DNA of 64,000 nt, taken from a virus. Position numbers and translations under genes: made by a program. The notes below the pieces were generated by a model. The model had not been told where the DNA came from, did not search any database, and saw only the letters and a list, made by a program, of their open reading frames with translations. Location: IMG/VR virus record IMGVR_UViG_3300017987_000005, positions 105,157 to 169,156 of that record; one strand, 5' to 3'. Positions 31,401 to 40,364 of the stretch are shown here, piece after piece; the first letter of the stretch is position 1; every line of letters starts with the position of its first letter.

Positions 31401-31715
31401 GGTGCTCTGCGGGAAGGTTTCGTCCAGCTCGATATCAATAACGAGATTTACCTTATCGGCTTCCTCTTCCTTCCAGGCTTCGCTGGTAACGCCTATCGGG
31501 AATGTTGAGCGATGGTTGTCGAGAATATCGACTCCCCTATTACACTGTTCGACGAACCCGTCAATGCACCGCTCGCTCATGCGGTCATTTTCGCAGTCCG
31601 GCTTAGAATCGCTGGCAATAGCCACGACATGCATTTTCTCTTCGCCGGTAGAATCGTCCTTTTTCGTGTACGCTTTGAATACTCGCGTATTAAAAGCAAC
31701 TTTTTTTCTACTCAT
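28404..31715 (-). CDS. Prohead protease-scaffold fusion (~1100 aa)
   Basis: N-terminal HK97-type protease (IASD..PDCENDRMS, LDNH, MSIGG, IELDHIA), HxH clusters, CPDCG/CPECG, acidic repeats and a coiled-coil C-terminus. Start moved to ATG 31715 (SD AAGGAG). Confidence 0.88.
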   Translation of the reverse strand: MSRKKVAFNTRVFKAYTKKDDSTGEEKMHVVAIASDSKPDCENDRMSERCIDGFVEQCNRGVDILDNHRSTFPIGVTSEAWKEEEADKVNLVIDIELDETFPQSTRLFQDVLEGRAEWQMSIGGYLDPDAGIEYEINSEGIRVRVIHGIELDHIACTRKNQACNQRAGFLQAMIKDILGGIPEFNPAKYRKALVAIQKENGGNGKIITGLTGNADMDEHFHEFAMYVVDGEVVAGETGMSIWGFEGTEHTHTISDLMKTDTAREHTHILMMGVVELSVDNRLTVKALPEETLFGDGASYDEWATKVHNMYAKNEISDDLMYAYMKQLSARADAFKSDYDKFRRTFDVKSVEKFVDSAERRFKDVLECACSGKCSDKEVYDEVRQQCADMYEYGLYLGNIITDKSVETTDDDVKRVAKVARQIVDDINHAKKRSEVMSDTTLEDQDFFGTILRFLSDAFEKTGYYDEESASFALTEVKSPFTIKGIKFPMPNGPIGDAIMRTSVIADGITGQVSRLSDDYTVGTSKAAGGHFHKYIVRNRDGKGIALKSLGHTHSISDHRFMEEVENHVHKLGGDVMSDNIIAFVSLPLADVEDNISASKEVNDYAWADGDVLKYQHHSDGKTILRGLIVSAAELLGVKDGGRVGSDDAKEVAAHLNKHFEEFDITPPEKLASIAKQGWAYCVCPDCGFTQDKEAGVPCRTIDCPECGTALMGSDSPGEVSESITLNNFAMHFETQGIEMLWFSELIEGESNMGKKIEDEVQEDVVTTDKDNNDAPTEDADKDVTKEDEAADASDGDATEGGDDAPAEGGDDAPAEGEGDAPAEGDAESDDAAPAEGDGDAPAEGDDAAEGGDAAEGDADADAGDGEAEGEGDDAEGGEEKSIFDSILKSHLKTKEDEEDASDEGGDDEEGEAEGGNAEGDAGDAEGEAGSDSDADGEGDAEEKELPPVLDGIDGFRSALQQAIALALGGQAVSPELKNLLESMDKYLTEKGLPDSSVTAEDINKAVTEKTEAVLKDVAGGFVKTLEDIAKAISVSSEQNAEVKKTLSGLSNRIADLEDGSSGSNQNKEDAGGEGGDEIDEDNVFRGMFGNPAKQAFGMRGQKQ
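28900..29400 (-). repeat. Coding low-complexity acidic repeat (EG(G/E)(D/G)DAPA-type units)
   Basis: Imperfect ~24-nt units such as ccttcagcagg in the scaffold region. Confidence 0.8.
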
Positions 31716-33531
31716 TGTTATTATCTCCTTCATCCGGATTAATGTCTACATCCGTTCCATCCTCGTCATCTTCATCGTCCGGTTCAGCAGCAGGCTCTAC
31801 CGCCTGACTTCCTGTACCGGTATAGACTCCGACCTTATCGAAATATGGAATCGGAGTATCGCCGAAATCGAGGTCATCGGGATAACGTTCTAAACCCAAC
31901 TCCTGACGAACTTCATTAGGAGTTACAACTCCATTCTCGAGATAAATCTCGTGAACTTCTGCTTTATCGGCTTCATCCAGAACTTTCGGACGCTCGAACT
32001 CAAGCTTTACTAACGGGAGCGACTCGAACATAAGTATATCATTATTCTCATCATCCTTACGAATCCGATTAAACTTCATAAGTCCAGTAGCCTGAAGTAC
32101 ATCGATAACATAATCATTGCGCTTACGACGCGTTTCATGCTGGCACATCTCTTCTTCAGACAGGGAGGACTTCGAAAAGAATATGCCGCCGAAATGTCTG
32201 CGCTGTATGCGCTCGAGAACTCCGTCATCTAAAAACTGCTTGGCTTTATTAATTACTGAATAGAAGTCTTTCTGATTCACTCCTTCGGAACTTGAGAACA
32301 TATCCATGATAACCGTATGGTAAAATGTGTGCTCTACCTGTTTCTGCGTCGGGTCAAACTCCTGCTCATTGGTAATTTCCTTGGTAGCATATGCAACTGC
32401 TTTATTGACGTCCTCGGGAGTAAAAAACGCTTTCGCAATCCCAAATGCTTCGCGAACTTCCTCATCGTTCTGCATGCGATAATTCTGAAAACTGGCGTCA
32501 TCCGTCTCACCAACGGTCAACGGCTTCAACTGAACGTCCGGCTTTGCTTGAGATGTGAACTGAGTAGCTTCGCTATCCACCTGAATAATCATCATGCGAT
32601 GCGCATTAGAAACTCCTTTGGATGCTTTGAAGAATTTCTGAATTGTGTCCACAGAATCTTGCGAAAGCTTCCCACCAGATATTGTAAGAGCCATTCTCGG
32701 AACAGCATCGTTACGAAAGAAATTCAGGTTACGTTCAGCCGCAGCCCTATTACCCATTATAGCAGGTGCGGTTGATTTATAACGAGGTACTCCATAAAAG
32801 TCATCTACAGTATTGTATTCTTTGAAATGAATCATCTCTGAAGCGCGCTTCTTAATTCCCACGCTTCCACCGAGTTCCCCGGTGTCCATATCCATATTAC
32901 GGGTTTCTCCGAAATGTTTGAAATAACGAAGAGTGTTTCCACGTAACTGGACAAAACCATTCCCGTTCTTAAGAACACGAATTGTTCTGGATTTAGCATG
33001 ATATAACTCTACGATGTCACCTTTTCGATTACGGACAACTTCTATATAACCATTTCCAATAAGCAATCTGTCAGTCATGAACATATTGCATAAATCAGAA
33101 AACGGCGTATCCGTATTCGGTTTTAACAACAAGTCTAGTAACATCATTTTTTCAAGCTCATAACGCTGCTTAAGCTCATCGGGTGCTTCCCGATTAATAG
33201 TAACTGTAGAAGTAACTTTCCACCCCAGCCCCACAGTATTGCGCGAATACAACCGCACACACTGAGCAAGACGAGTATTGAACTCCATCATCGAAGCCCA
33301 CAAATCAATATCAAAAGTAGGCTTCGCTATTTCGTTCTCTTTGAACGTCTTGGTCTGCTGCTGGGCGGGTTTCTTCTGCGTCGAACCCTCAGTGGGTTGC
33401 GACAAAGATTTCTCCTCAAAGATGCCTCCGAAATCGTTGCCTTCAATGACAACAGCTTCGTACACTATCCCGGCATCCTTGGCAGTACCCTTCTCCACAC
33501 CTTCAAGTGTACTTGTTCCAGGTTCAGCCAT
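31708..33531 (-). CDS. Portal protein
   Basis: GNGYIEVVRN, EMIHFK...FYGVP, FFRNDAVP, GVVTPNEVRQELGL. Confidence 0.95.
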   Translation of the reverse strand: MAEPGTSTLEGVEKGTAKDAGIVYEAVVIEGNDFGGIFEEKSLSQPTEGSTQKKPAQQQTKTFKENEIAKPTFDIDLWASMMEFNTRLAQCVRLYSRNTVGLGWKVTSTVTINREAPDELKQRYELEKMMLLDLLLKPNTDTPFSDLCNMFMTDRLLIGNGYIEVVRNRKGDIVELYHAKSRTIRVLKNGNGFVQLRGNTLRYFKHFGETRNMDMDTGELGGSVGIKKRASEMIHFKEYNTVDDFYGVPRYKSTAPAIMGNRAAAERNLNFFRNDAVPRMALTISGGKLSQDSVDTIQKFFKASKGVSNAHRMMIIQVDSEATQFTSQAKPDVQLKPLTVGETDDASFQNYRMQNDEEVREAFGIAKAFFTPEDVNKAVAYATKEITNEQEFDPTQKQVEHTFYHTVIMDMFSSSEGVNQKDFYSVINKAKQFLDDGVLERIQRRHFGGIFFSKSSLSEEEMCQHETRRKRNDYVIDVLQATGLMKFNRIRKDDENNDILMFESLPLVKLEFERPKVLDEADKAEVHEIYLENGVVTPNEVRQELGLERYPDDLDFGDTPIPYFDKVGVYTGTGSQAVEPAAEPDDEDDEDGTDVDINPDEGDNNNE

Positions 33532-33572
33532 ACCTTATACTACCTCGTAAAAAACGCCACAAAAAATAAATA

Positions 33573-34187
33573 TTATCCGAAGAGGCGTACGTTACGTACT
33601 TGCGGATTCGGGGGAACTTCCCCTCCGGTCATGGCAAATGATGCCATGTTTTTCTTACGACCTCTTCCTCCACCGCCAAAAGCGAATGTTATTCCGCTTA
33701 CATCTTTTTCTTTCCGGTCTTCTTCAGACATCTTCCCGATAAGGGCGTAGATATCACGACCGAGCCTGATAATACGAATACTGTCCACCTTAATATTAGA
33801 ATTAAGGATGAACTCACGTCCTTCGTCCCTGTCCACAACTTCGGCATCATCCAAACCTGCGGTAACTGATTCGCGAAGAACACGGAACTTCTTGTCATAC
33901 TCACGACGAGTTTCCGAGTAGTTCCTAAGCACGATAACTGATAGCGGAACAAAGTCCTCAATCTTATTATCATGTCTGTAAATGCTGTCGGCACTGTAAC
34001 TCAATGACTTATTAAAGTCGAGCCACGCACTTTTCAAAAACGTCCCACAGGAGGAACACGTAAATCCCTTTCCGGGATATATTCCGTGGTTACGTTCTAC
34101 GTGCCGGAGACAGCATGGACTGATAACCGCGTCATGCATCGGCTTAAAAGTTTTCAGTCTACTCTCCATATTAGTCTCCCATATCAA
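33573..34187 (-). CDS. Hypothetical protein between terminase and portal
   Basis: 204-aa ORF with CC...CxxC; overlaps the TerL stop. Confidence 0.65.
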   Translation of the reverse strand: MIWETNMESRLKTFKPMHDAVISPCCLRHVERNHGIYPGKGFTCSSCGTFLKSAWLDFNKSLSYSADSIYRHDNKIEDFVPLSVIVLRNYSETRREYDKKFRVLRESVTAGLDDAEVVDRDEGREFILNSNIKVDSIRIIRLGRDIYALIGKMSEEDRKEKDVSGITFAFGGGGRGRKKNMASFAMTGGEVPPNPQVRNVRLFG

Positions 34188-37015
34188 ATTAAGATTACTT
34201 GCTGATTGGCGTCGATTTTGCTTCTTTTCTGCTCTCCATCAATCGAGCCGTCCTTATCCTGGTACTGCTCCGGATGCATCTTCCTCAGATTCGGAGAGCC
34301 AGCAAACATTTCAAAATATCTCCAGTTAAGCATAGCACACATCAGAGCATCAGGTCCGTGGTCATCCTTTTTTATCGGCTTACCGTTTCCGTCAGCACGG
34401 TATCTCCTCAACTGAGAAAGTAACTGGTCATTACCTTCTCCGTCTTTAAGAAATTGAAGACGTCCGGTAGTAAGGAACTTCGATACGTTTTGTATTCCGA
34501 ACTCTTTCCATTTCTTAAAAACAACAGGAATTACTTTGAACCCTTCTTCATGCAGCTCGCGATTACTGAACTGGTCCGATGAGTCGGCAAACACTACAAA
34601 GTTACCGTACTCTTCTCTAAGTTTATTCAGGTATCCGATAATCTCCCCGATTTTTTGCTCATGAAACCATGCTGTCTCGAGAACTCCGACACCTATCTCA
34701 CTTCGAACAGTCATGCATATTGCCGTCTGTCCTACATAACCCCAGTCCAGTCCTACTGATTTCTCAATCTCTTCATACCATGTAATATCTTCCCACTCCG
34801 ATTCCGCTAAAGCTTCAATGTCATAAATGCTTCCGTAAAATTTCGGGCGCTCGCATTCAAACTCGACTGTATAAACGCTCGAACCCTCATTTACTTTTTT
34901 AATATCACATACAGCTTCAAACGACTGGTAACCTTCTGCTTTCCGCGCAGTTCCGTTGCATCCTTTTACGGTCGTTCCGATTACGCGTCCGCGCTCATCG
35001 TGTTCATTCACTACCTCAGACAAATAACAGTCGGCGCAGTCGATATCAAGTTCACACTTGACCATCGTGTCGTACACAGACCATTTATATCTAGTAAATC
35101 CATGAGTCTCTGCGTCGTCCCAATACTCCTGGAAAAATCCTTCAGGATGATGAAACGTACTGAGTATGAGGATAAGATGTTCCGGCTGAGTAAGTGCGTT
35201 CTGGAGAGCTGTTTTCATCACTTCGCCGGCTTTCAAGTCTTCCTGACAGTTATGCACAACAGCATTCATCATCATAAATGATTCACCGTCTTTGACTTCT
35301 ATATCCCACACTTCTCCGGAATAATGCCTAGACTCTACGCTTTTAACAGGGACAGCAATATAATTATCAATCTCCACCCATGAATTAAAAGCCTTCTGCT
35401 TTCTATCAGAATCATCGGTATCTGTAAATAAGCTCATTGCCTTTCCATTTATATCAATAACCCATGATTCTTTAGTACAGTACTCTTTACCACGTATATT
35501 AGATATTTTCGCCGGACGCTCTCTATAAGAAGCAGCTACTCCAAGTTTAGCCAGACATGTAAATATAGAAGCTGCCAGGGCTTCTGATGAGGTCTGTATC
35601 GAGGCTCTTTTGCAAACTCCTCCTGAAGAGGCTTTCCCTTCCCATACGGTTCCATCGGAAGCTATAAGTCCGCTTATAACTCCACGGACAAAATCTTTAG
35701 ATTGCCCAGCTATAAAGTCAAAAGGCATTCCTTTTTCTGTAGACTTTGTTCCGAAAGTAGTATCGAGAAAATCTGCTAATTCCTTATGAGTAAATAAGGC
35801 AGTATCAGTATTAATTCTATTCTCAACTGACGAATTATCAAAGCAAACCTCACGCCCAAACAAATCTTTACTTATTGATACATATTCATCTATATTACGC
35901 TTATCTTTAGAATTGAATACGACATAAATTCCTCTTGAACGCTGTTTACCGGTCCAGCCGTCCCCCAACCAATATCCAAGCCACTTCCCTCCGTCGTATG
36001 TATCAGCGAGTATACAATCATCTATATCGCTCGTCTTTATTTTTGGAATGAGGACATAATCTCTATCACTTATATCTTCGGCGTGAACCCACTCAGCACT
36101 AGACTCGTTAACAGAATCTTTTCTTTTTGGATTTCCTTTATCGAGTCCTCGAATTATCTTTACTCTGTGGTCATGAGTCAACTCTAATCCTGTAGACCAT
36201 CCATTAAGTGATATATTTACTACTCGATTATCCCAATCCTTGCTCCATACATTCTTAACAGAAGTTATAATTCCATCTTGATTGACTACACAATCTCCTG
36301 GAACAACATCTTCCACGTTAATAATCCCACGCTCTGTAATTACTTTCGAACCTGGGAGTAAACACCCCTCATCAATAATAAGACCGGAATCGTGACGACT
36401 CCGGACCTGCTTATCGGTCGCATTGATACAATGGAGCTTTGCTCCATTATAAAAATGCGTTCTGGATATCAAAGGGTCACCATCTATAAGATACTGATAA
36501 ACCTGGGGGTTACAACTACAAAACTCGACAACTTTTTCATAAATTGAACGAGCCTGACTACCAGAACCAGCAAGGTTGGTGAACTCTTTTGACTTGTAAA
36601 CCATCATCAAAAAGATGAGTACTGCGGCTGATGTGCTTCCTCCTCCGCCGCGAGATTTCCAGAGGATAGCTTTATTAACACGTTCGTAAAAAATGTCAGC
36701 GATAAGACGACGTGCTTCAGGGACTAGTTTAATGTATTGGCGTTTTCCATCTTTGACTAAATAAAGTGTTGACGATACAAAATCATAGATGGCTTGCTGT
36801 TGTCTAAGTGCGTGTTCTTTATCTGACTCGGTGTGTCGTTTGTTAACGAGTTCTTCGCCGAGCAAGTCGGCAAATCCATGCTCCAGGGGTGAGCGCACTT
36901 TCTTTATTTCAAGAAGACGGCTCTCCATGACACGCAGAGCTTCTAGCGCATCACTTTTTTCCGCTGACCCATGAAGGGACTCAATTGTTGAAGTTTTGTC
37001 CGGCACCCTCGTCAA
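34184..37015 (-). CDS. terL: Terminase large subunit, intein-containing
   Basis: Walker A-like KSRGGGGST, Walker B LIIDE, nuclease motifs GLDWG and DDHGPDA; upstream of the portal gene. Confidence 0.92.
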   Translation of the reverse strand: MTRVPDKTSTIESLHGSAEKSDALEALRVMESRLLEIKKVRSPLEHGFADLLGEELVNKRHTESDKEHALRQQQAIYDFVSSTLYLVKDGKRQYIKLVPEARRLIADIFYERVNKAILWKSRGGGGSTSAAVLIFLMMVYKSKEFTNLAGSGSQARSIYEKVVEFCSCNPQVYQYLIDGDPLISRTHFYNGAKLHCINATDKQVRSRHDSGLIIDEGCLLPGSKVITERGIINVEDVVPGDCVVNQDGIITSVKNVWSKDWDNRVVNISLNGWSTGLELTHDHRVKIIRGLDKGNPKRKDSVNESSAEWVHAEDISDRDYVLIPKIKTSDIDDCILADTYDGGKWLGYWLGDGWTGKQRSRGIYVVFNSKDKRNIDEYVSISKDLFGREVCFDNSSVENRINTDTALFTHKELADFLDTTFGTKSTEKGMPFDFIAGQSKDFVRGVISGLIASDGTVWEGKASSGGVCKRASIQTSSEALAASIFTCLAKLGVAASYRERPAKISNIRGKEYCTKESWVIDINGKAMSLFTDTDDSDRKQKAFNSWVEIDNYIAVPVKSVESRHYSGEVWDIEVKDGESFMMMNAVVHNCQEDLKAGEVMKTALQNALTQPEHLILILSTFHHPEGFFQEYWDDAETHGFTRYKWSVYDTMVKCELDIDCADCYLSEVVNEHDERGRVIGTTVKGCNGTARKAEGYQSFEAVCDIKKVNEGSSVYTVEFECERPKFYGSIYDIEALAESEWEDITWYEEIEKSVGLDWGYVGQTAICMTVRSEIGVGVLETAWFHEQKIGEIIGYLNKLREEYGNFVVFADSSDQFSNRELHEEGFKVIPVVFKKWKEFGIQNVSKFLTTGRLQFLKDGEGNDQLLSQLRRYRADGNGKPIKKDDHGPDALMCAMLNWRYFEMFAGSPNLRKMHPEQYQDKDGSIDGEQKRSKIDANQQVILI
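35249..36364 (-). mobile_element. Intein with LAGLIDADG homing endonuclease (372 aa)
   Basis: Starts CLLPGS; block B LELTHDHRV; LGYWLGDG and ISGLIASDG; ends VWDIEV...VVHN followed by +1 Cys. Confidence 0.95.
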
Positions 37016-37532
37016 ACTCCCCGCTCGTTATACGTTGAACCAATCTATCTCTTTGAGATAGCAGTTCAGCCTCGGACATCTCTTGGACTTCCTTCGCTAT
37101 AACTTCAATCTTCGAGCGGGAAGCTGCTCGTGGCATCAACCCCACATCCAACTTGAATGCGGCGAGGTCCTTCTGAACTTTATGAAATAATTCTAAGTAA
37201 CGCTGCTTATCAATATCCTTCTTAGCAGCAGTATAATTCATCCATAGTTCAGACATGGTTGCTTGCATTCGTTCACACGTTTCAAAAATTTGAACGTCAA
37301 CATCACCATGTCCATGCTTCTTAGCCATGTGCTCGCGAATGTATTTCAAATCACTACCCACTGTGTTGTAGTGGCAGGTCACGACGTTCGCGATTGCTCT
37401 TTGTGACATGTTACGCATATAATACAATTCGAAGACTGTTTCTCTGCGTAACTGAATTTTTTTCTGCTCGGGGGACATTACGGCGTCGGCTTTTTCATCA
37501 AACCAAGCACCATCTTTGTCTTTTTCTGCCAC
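36981..37532 (-). CDS. Terminase small subunit (HTH)
   Basis: HTH (MSQRAIA...TVGSDL); directly upstream of TerL. Confidence 0.75.
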   Translation of the reverse strand: MAEKDKDGAWFDEKADAVMSPEQKKIQLRRETVFELYYMRNMSQRAIANVVTCHYNTVGSDLKYIREHMAKKHGHGDVDVQIFETCERMQATMSELWMNYTAAKKDIDKQRYLELFHKVQKDLAAFKLDVGLMPRAASRSKIEVIAKEVQEMSEAELLSQRDRLVQRITSGEFDEGAGQNFNN

Positions 37533-37583
37533 GTCGGACGTCCTCCCTGTGAATGTGATTTCAATATCCGGACATTCACAAGC

Positions 37584-37612
37584 AGTATAGCATATAGACT
37601 AAATTTTGTCAA
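37584..37612 (-). promoter_or_regulatory. Sigma70-type promoter of the packaging/structural operon
   Basis: TTGACA-17 nt-TATACT with extended TG. An inverted repeat AAAAATGAAA/TTTCATTTTT lies just upstream at 37616-37639. Confidence 0.75.
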
Positions 37613-37649
37613 GAAAAAAATGAAATTTTTTTCATTTTTCCGGAAACCG

Positions 37650-38414
37650 TCACTTTTTAGACGACTCCTTCACTGCTTTTTCAAGCACTGCCTTGAAAAA
37701 CTCAGCCGCGTCCATAGAGTTATCATTGATGTGTCCCACGGTTTTTGATACAGTCTTCGCGAGTGCGTCATCGCACGTCACGATGAGATGCATCTTCTTC
37801 TTGTACATGAAGAACAGATAACTCCGGTCAATGCTATCTCCCTCATGATTACTGAAGATATCGTTGACTGCCACCGTAACATTATCGACCATCTGTAGTT
37901 CTTTGGGGATATCGTCATGAGAATAAGCTTCCTTACGCTCTTTTGCGCGCTTTTCTATCTCTTCCTTGCGATACCGCTTATCAAACTCACCTTTACTGGC
38001 GAATCCCATTTTCTTGGCGACTTCGTCCTCAGTTATCTTCTCACGGCGTTTAATGCTGTTTACAAGGGTGCTGAAGCGTCTTTCGTCCAGGTCTCCGTGG
38101 ATGATGTTGCGACGTACGGCTTTGATTTTGGCTTCTTCTTCGTCCCAATCCTTGATAATACAGGGTAATTCGGTCATTCCGATGACTTTCCCCGCGTCGT
38201 ACCGGTGATTCCCGGCGACAATCAGAAACCGGTCCTCTTTATCCGGATGCTTGATAACGACAAGAGGCTCATCAAATCCGTCAGATTCAATCTCAGCTAC
38301 CAGTTCGTTAAACGTCTCAGTTGACTGTACTTGCGGATTCCAGTCAGCTTTGATTAATTTCTCAATCGGGATATTGACCACATCTTCTACGTTATTCTTA
38401 ACTTCGTCTGCCAT
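37650..38414 (-). CDS. ParB/Srx N-terminal domain protein
   Basis: WNP...IESDGFDEPLVV...IVAGNHRYDA (GxxRxxA), then an HTH-like segment; SD AAAGGAGG before ATG 38414. Confidence 0.88.
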   Translation of the reverse strand: MADEVKNNVEDVVNIPIEKLIKADWNPQVQSTETFNELVAEIESDGFDEPLVVIKHPDKEDRFLIVAGNHRYDAGKVIGMTELPCIIKDWDEEEAKIKAVRRNIIHGDLDERRFSTLVNSIKRREKITEDEVAKKMGFASKGEFDKRYRKEEIEKRAKERKEAYSHDDIPKELQMVDNVTVAVNDIFSNHEGDSIDRSYLFFMYKKKMHLIVTCDDALAKTVSKTVGHINDNSMDAAEFFKAVLEKAVKESSKK

Positions 38415-38533
38415 ATTGCCTCCTTTTGCAATCGATTGCACCGCCATTGGTGACATTTTTGTCACATATTGAATGCATACCTAAAAATAAAAAATACTAT
38501 TTTATGCATACCGATTTTAACGACCGCATAAAT

Positions 38534-39031
38534 TTACGCGACGTCTTCCGGTTTATGCGTAACGAGGTCATTCTTGAGTTCAATAATCGTATTCGCTAAT
38601 ATCTTAGCAAGCTGCGGAGATAATCCGAAACGCTCGGTATTCTTTTCGATACTCGTCATTATATCCCCATCAGCATGGCGCTCTGTCGCAGCCCACCAGT
38701 CGCAAAGCATCTCGGTAACATCCAGAAGGGTCATGTCCTCAATCCCCTTCTCATGGTGCTCAGGATGGTGCGCATTATTCGCATAATGATGGTCCAGGGC
38801 TGGTTTCATCTCCTTTAAGCACTTCTGATACTCACTGTCAGGATTGACGTCATACGTCATACCGCGTAGTTTTGGAGTATATTTGAGAAACGTCTCAAAC
38901 TCCGGCTCTTCCAGCTTACTATCATCATGATGATACGCTCTCATATGCATGCGATTACAGAACTTCAAAATCTTACAGCATACGCTTGAAATATGCTTAA
39001 GAGTCTCTTTTATAACATCTCTCTCGTTCAT
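38534..39031 (-). CDS. DUF5662-like HD-type protein
   Basis: HHDDSKL, HHYANNAHHPEHH, EMLCDWWAA. Confidence 0.8.
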   Translation of the reverse strand: MNERDVIKETLKHISSVCCKILKFCNRMHMRAYHHDDSKLEEPEFETFLKYTPKLRGMTYDVNPDSEYQKCLKEMKPALDHHYANNAHHPEHHEKGIEDMTLLDVTEMLCDWWAATERHADGDIMTSIEKNTERFGLSPQLAKILANTIIELKNDLVTHKPEDVA

Positions 39032-39043
39032 CTGAACCTCCTA

Positions 39044-39059
39044 TGTTTCACGTGAAACA
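39044..39059. promoter_or_regulatory. parS: parS site, perfect consensus
   Basis: TGTTTCACGTGAAACA (18-bp palindrome 39043-39060), intergenic. Confidence 0.9.
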
Positions 39060-39611
39060 TCAATCATCAAAAATATCACTATATCCATAATCGACAGGTA
39101 TCCCGTCTCCGAGCGAAACATCGCTATAATGCTCCTTAAACCACTCAGAATCGGCTATGCGGTCATACCGCGCTTTAAGGCTAGTATCACGTCTCGATTT
39201 ACGGAGCTGCATCAGAAGGCGTCCTAACATGTTCTGACCGAACCCTCGAATAAGGTCAAACCCCCAAAAAGCATCTCCCCAGGTATTCCCCTCAACAAGC
39301 AGCGAATCCCCGGTAGAAAGCAGCCGGCGCTCCATTTCCGGATAACTGAATTTCGAATGCAAAACCTTAGCCATTACCGGTATTTTTATGCATTCCCAGT
39401 CATCACGAAGAATAACTCTCCTCCCACGCTTTTTCGCGGACCCTGGTGATGGTGCGTCTACGATATCTTGGCGACGCTCGGCGTCCAACGTCTTCTCACG
39501 CTGGTATGCATGTTCCCCGGACTTAAGCAGCTCTCCGTCCATCTCAAACTCCATCTCGTAAAAGTTTGACAGGAAAAAGTACTTTCCTTTGAATTCAAGA
39601 ATCGGCTTCAT
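39060..39611 (-). CDS. NADAR (YbiA-like) ADP-ribosylhydrolase family protein
   Basis: FLSNFY, EHAYQ..K, AKKRGR, KF, LLSTG...LVEGNTWGDAFWG, GQNMLGRLLMQLR. Confidence 0.95.
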   Translation of the reverse strand: MKPILEFKGKYFFLSNFYEMEFEMDGELLKSGEHAYQREKTLDAERRQDIVDAPSPGSAKKRGRRVILRDDWECIKIPVMAKVLHSKFSYPEMERRLLSTGDSLLVEGNTWGDAFWGFDLIRGFGQNMLGRLLMQLRKSRRDTSLKARYDRIADSEWFKEHYSDVSLGDGIPVDYGYSDIFDD

Positions 39612-40017
39612 CTTGCGATTCCTTCTCCGGAATACTTTTGTCCTGCGGAGGTTCGTCCACCTTGATATCCTTCGGAGGCGCTGCGTGCTGAGACGGGGCT
39701 TGAGGCACTTTCGGCTTCTTGGGAACTATGATAACTTTGAACTCATCCCCTATCGACTTAAAGCACTTAGCGCAATACAATCCGATTATATTGTTATGCT
39801 TTACAAGCTCCCAATGAGCGCCGCAGCATTTTGAATGCATGTAGATATTATCTCCGGCAATGCATTTACATACTATCCGAGGCTTATCGTGCTCCTCACA
39901 CCACCCACAATGGTCATGCCCAGGTACTCCGACAATCTCACAATTAACTCGTGATAATTCATCTTCAGTAGGTTCCCGACCAACTTTCTCAATAAACTCC
40001 TCTTTCGTTATAGGCAT
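39595..40017 (-). CDS. Cys/His-rich hypothetical protein
   Basis: Coupled ORF with HxxCGWC and CxxC. Confidence 0.7.
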   Translation of the reverse strand: MPITKEEFIEKVGREPTEDELSRVNCEIVGVPGHDHCGWCEEHDKPRIVCKCIAGDNIYMHSKCCGAHWELVKHNNIIGLYCAKCFKSIGDEFKVIIVPKKPKVPQAPSQHAAPPKDIKVDEPPQDKSIPEKESQDEADS

Positions 40018-40020
40018 AAA

Positions 40021-40212
40021 TCATTTCTCCTGATTACTGCGTTTTTCGATATGCTCAACTTCCACCTGATGACGTGCTGCCCATCCCGCTTTCCACCCGA
40101 GCTTCCAAGCTCCATATAAAAGCGCGGACAAAATAAGAACAGAAATAAACAGCGGTCCCGCAACAGCCATCCAGCACAACGGGTCTTTCCAACTCCAATT
40201 ATACAAACTCAT
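40021..40212 (-). CDS. Small membrane protein
   Basis: One hydrophobic segment; start moved to ATG 40212. Confidence 0.6.
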   Translation of the reverse strand: MSLYNWSWKDPLCWMAVAGPLFISVLILSALLYGAWKLGWKAGWAARHQVEVEHIEKRSNQEK

Positions 40213-40214
40213 GA

Positions 40215-40364
40215 CTAATCCTTGACGTCCCACATAACGTCTTCGATATCTTCCTCGACAGCTTCAACGTTAATGTCGTCGTCCTTTCCATACGCTCCCG
40301 ATTCGACCTTGTCAAGAATTTCCCTGAGCCCCTCAGCTAACGTTTTCTGTAATCCGCCCATCAT
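40215..40364 (-). CDS. 49-aa acidic protein
   Basis: ATGA overlap with the pncB stop; MMGGLQKTLAEGLREILDKVESG... Confidence 0.6.
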   Translation of the reverse strand: MMGGLQKTLAEGLREILDKVESGAYGKDDDINVEAVEEDIEDVMWDVKD

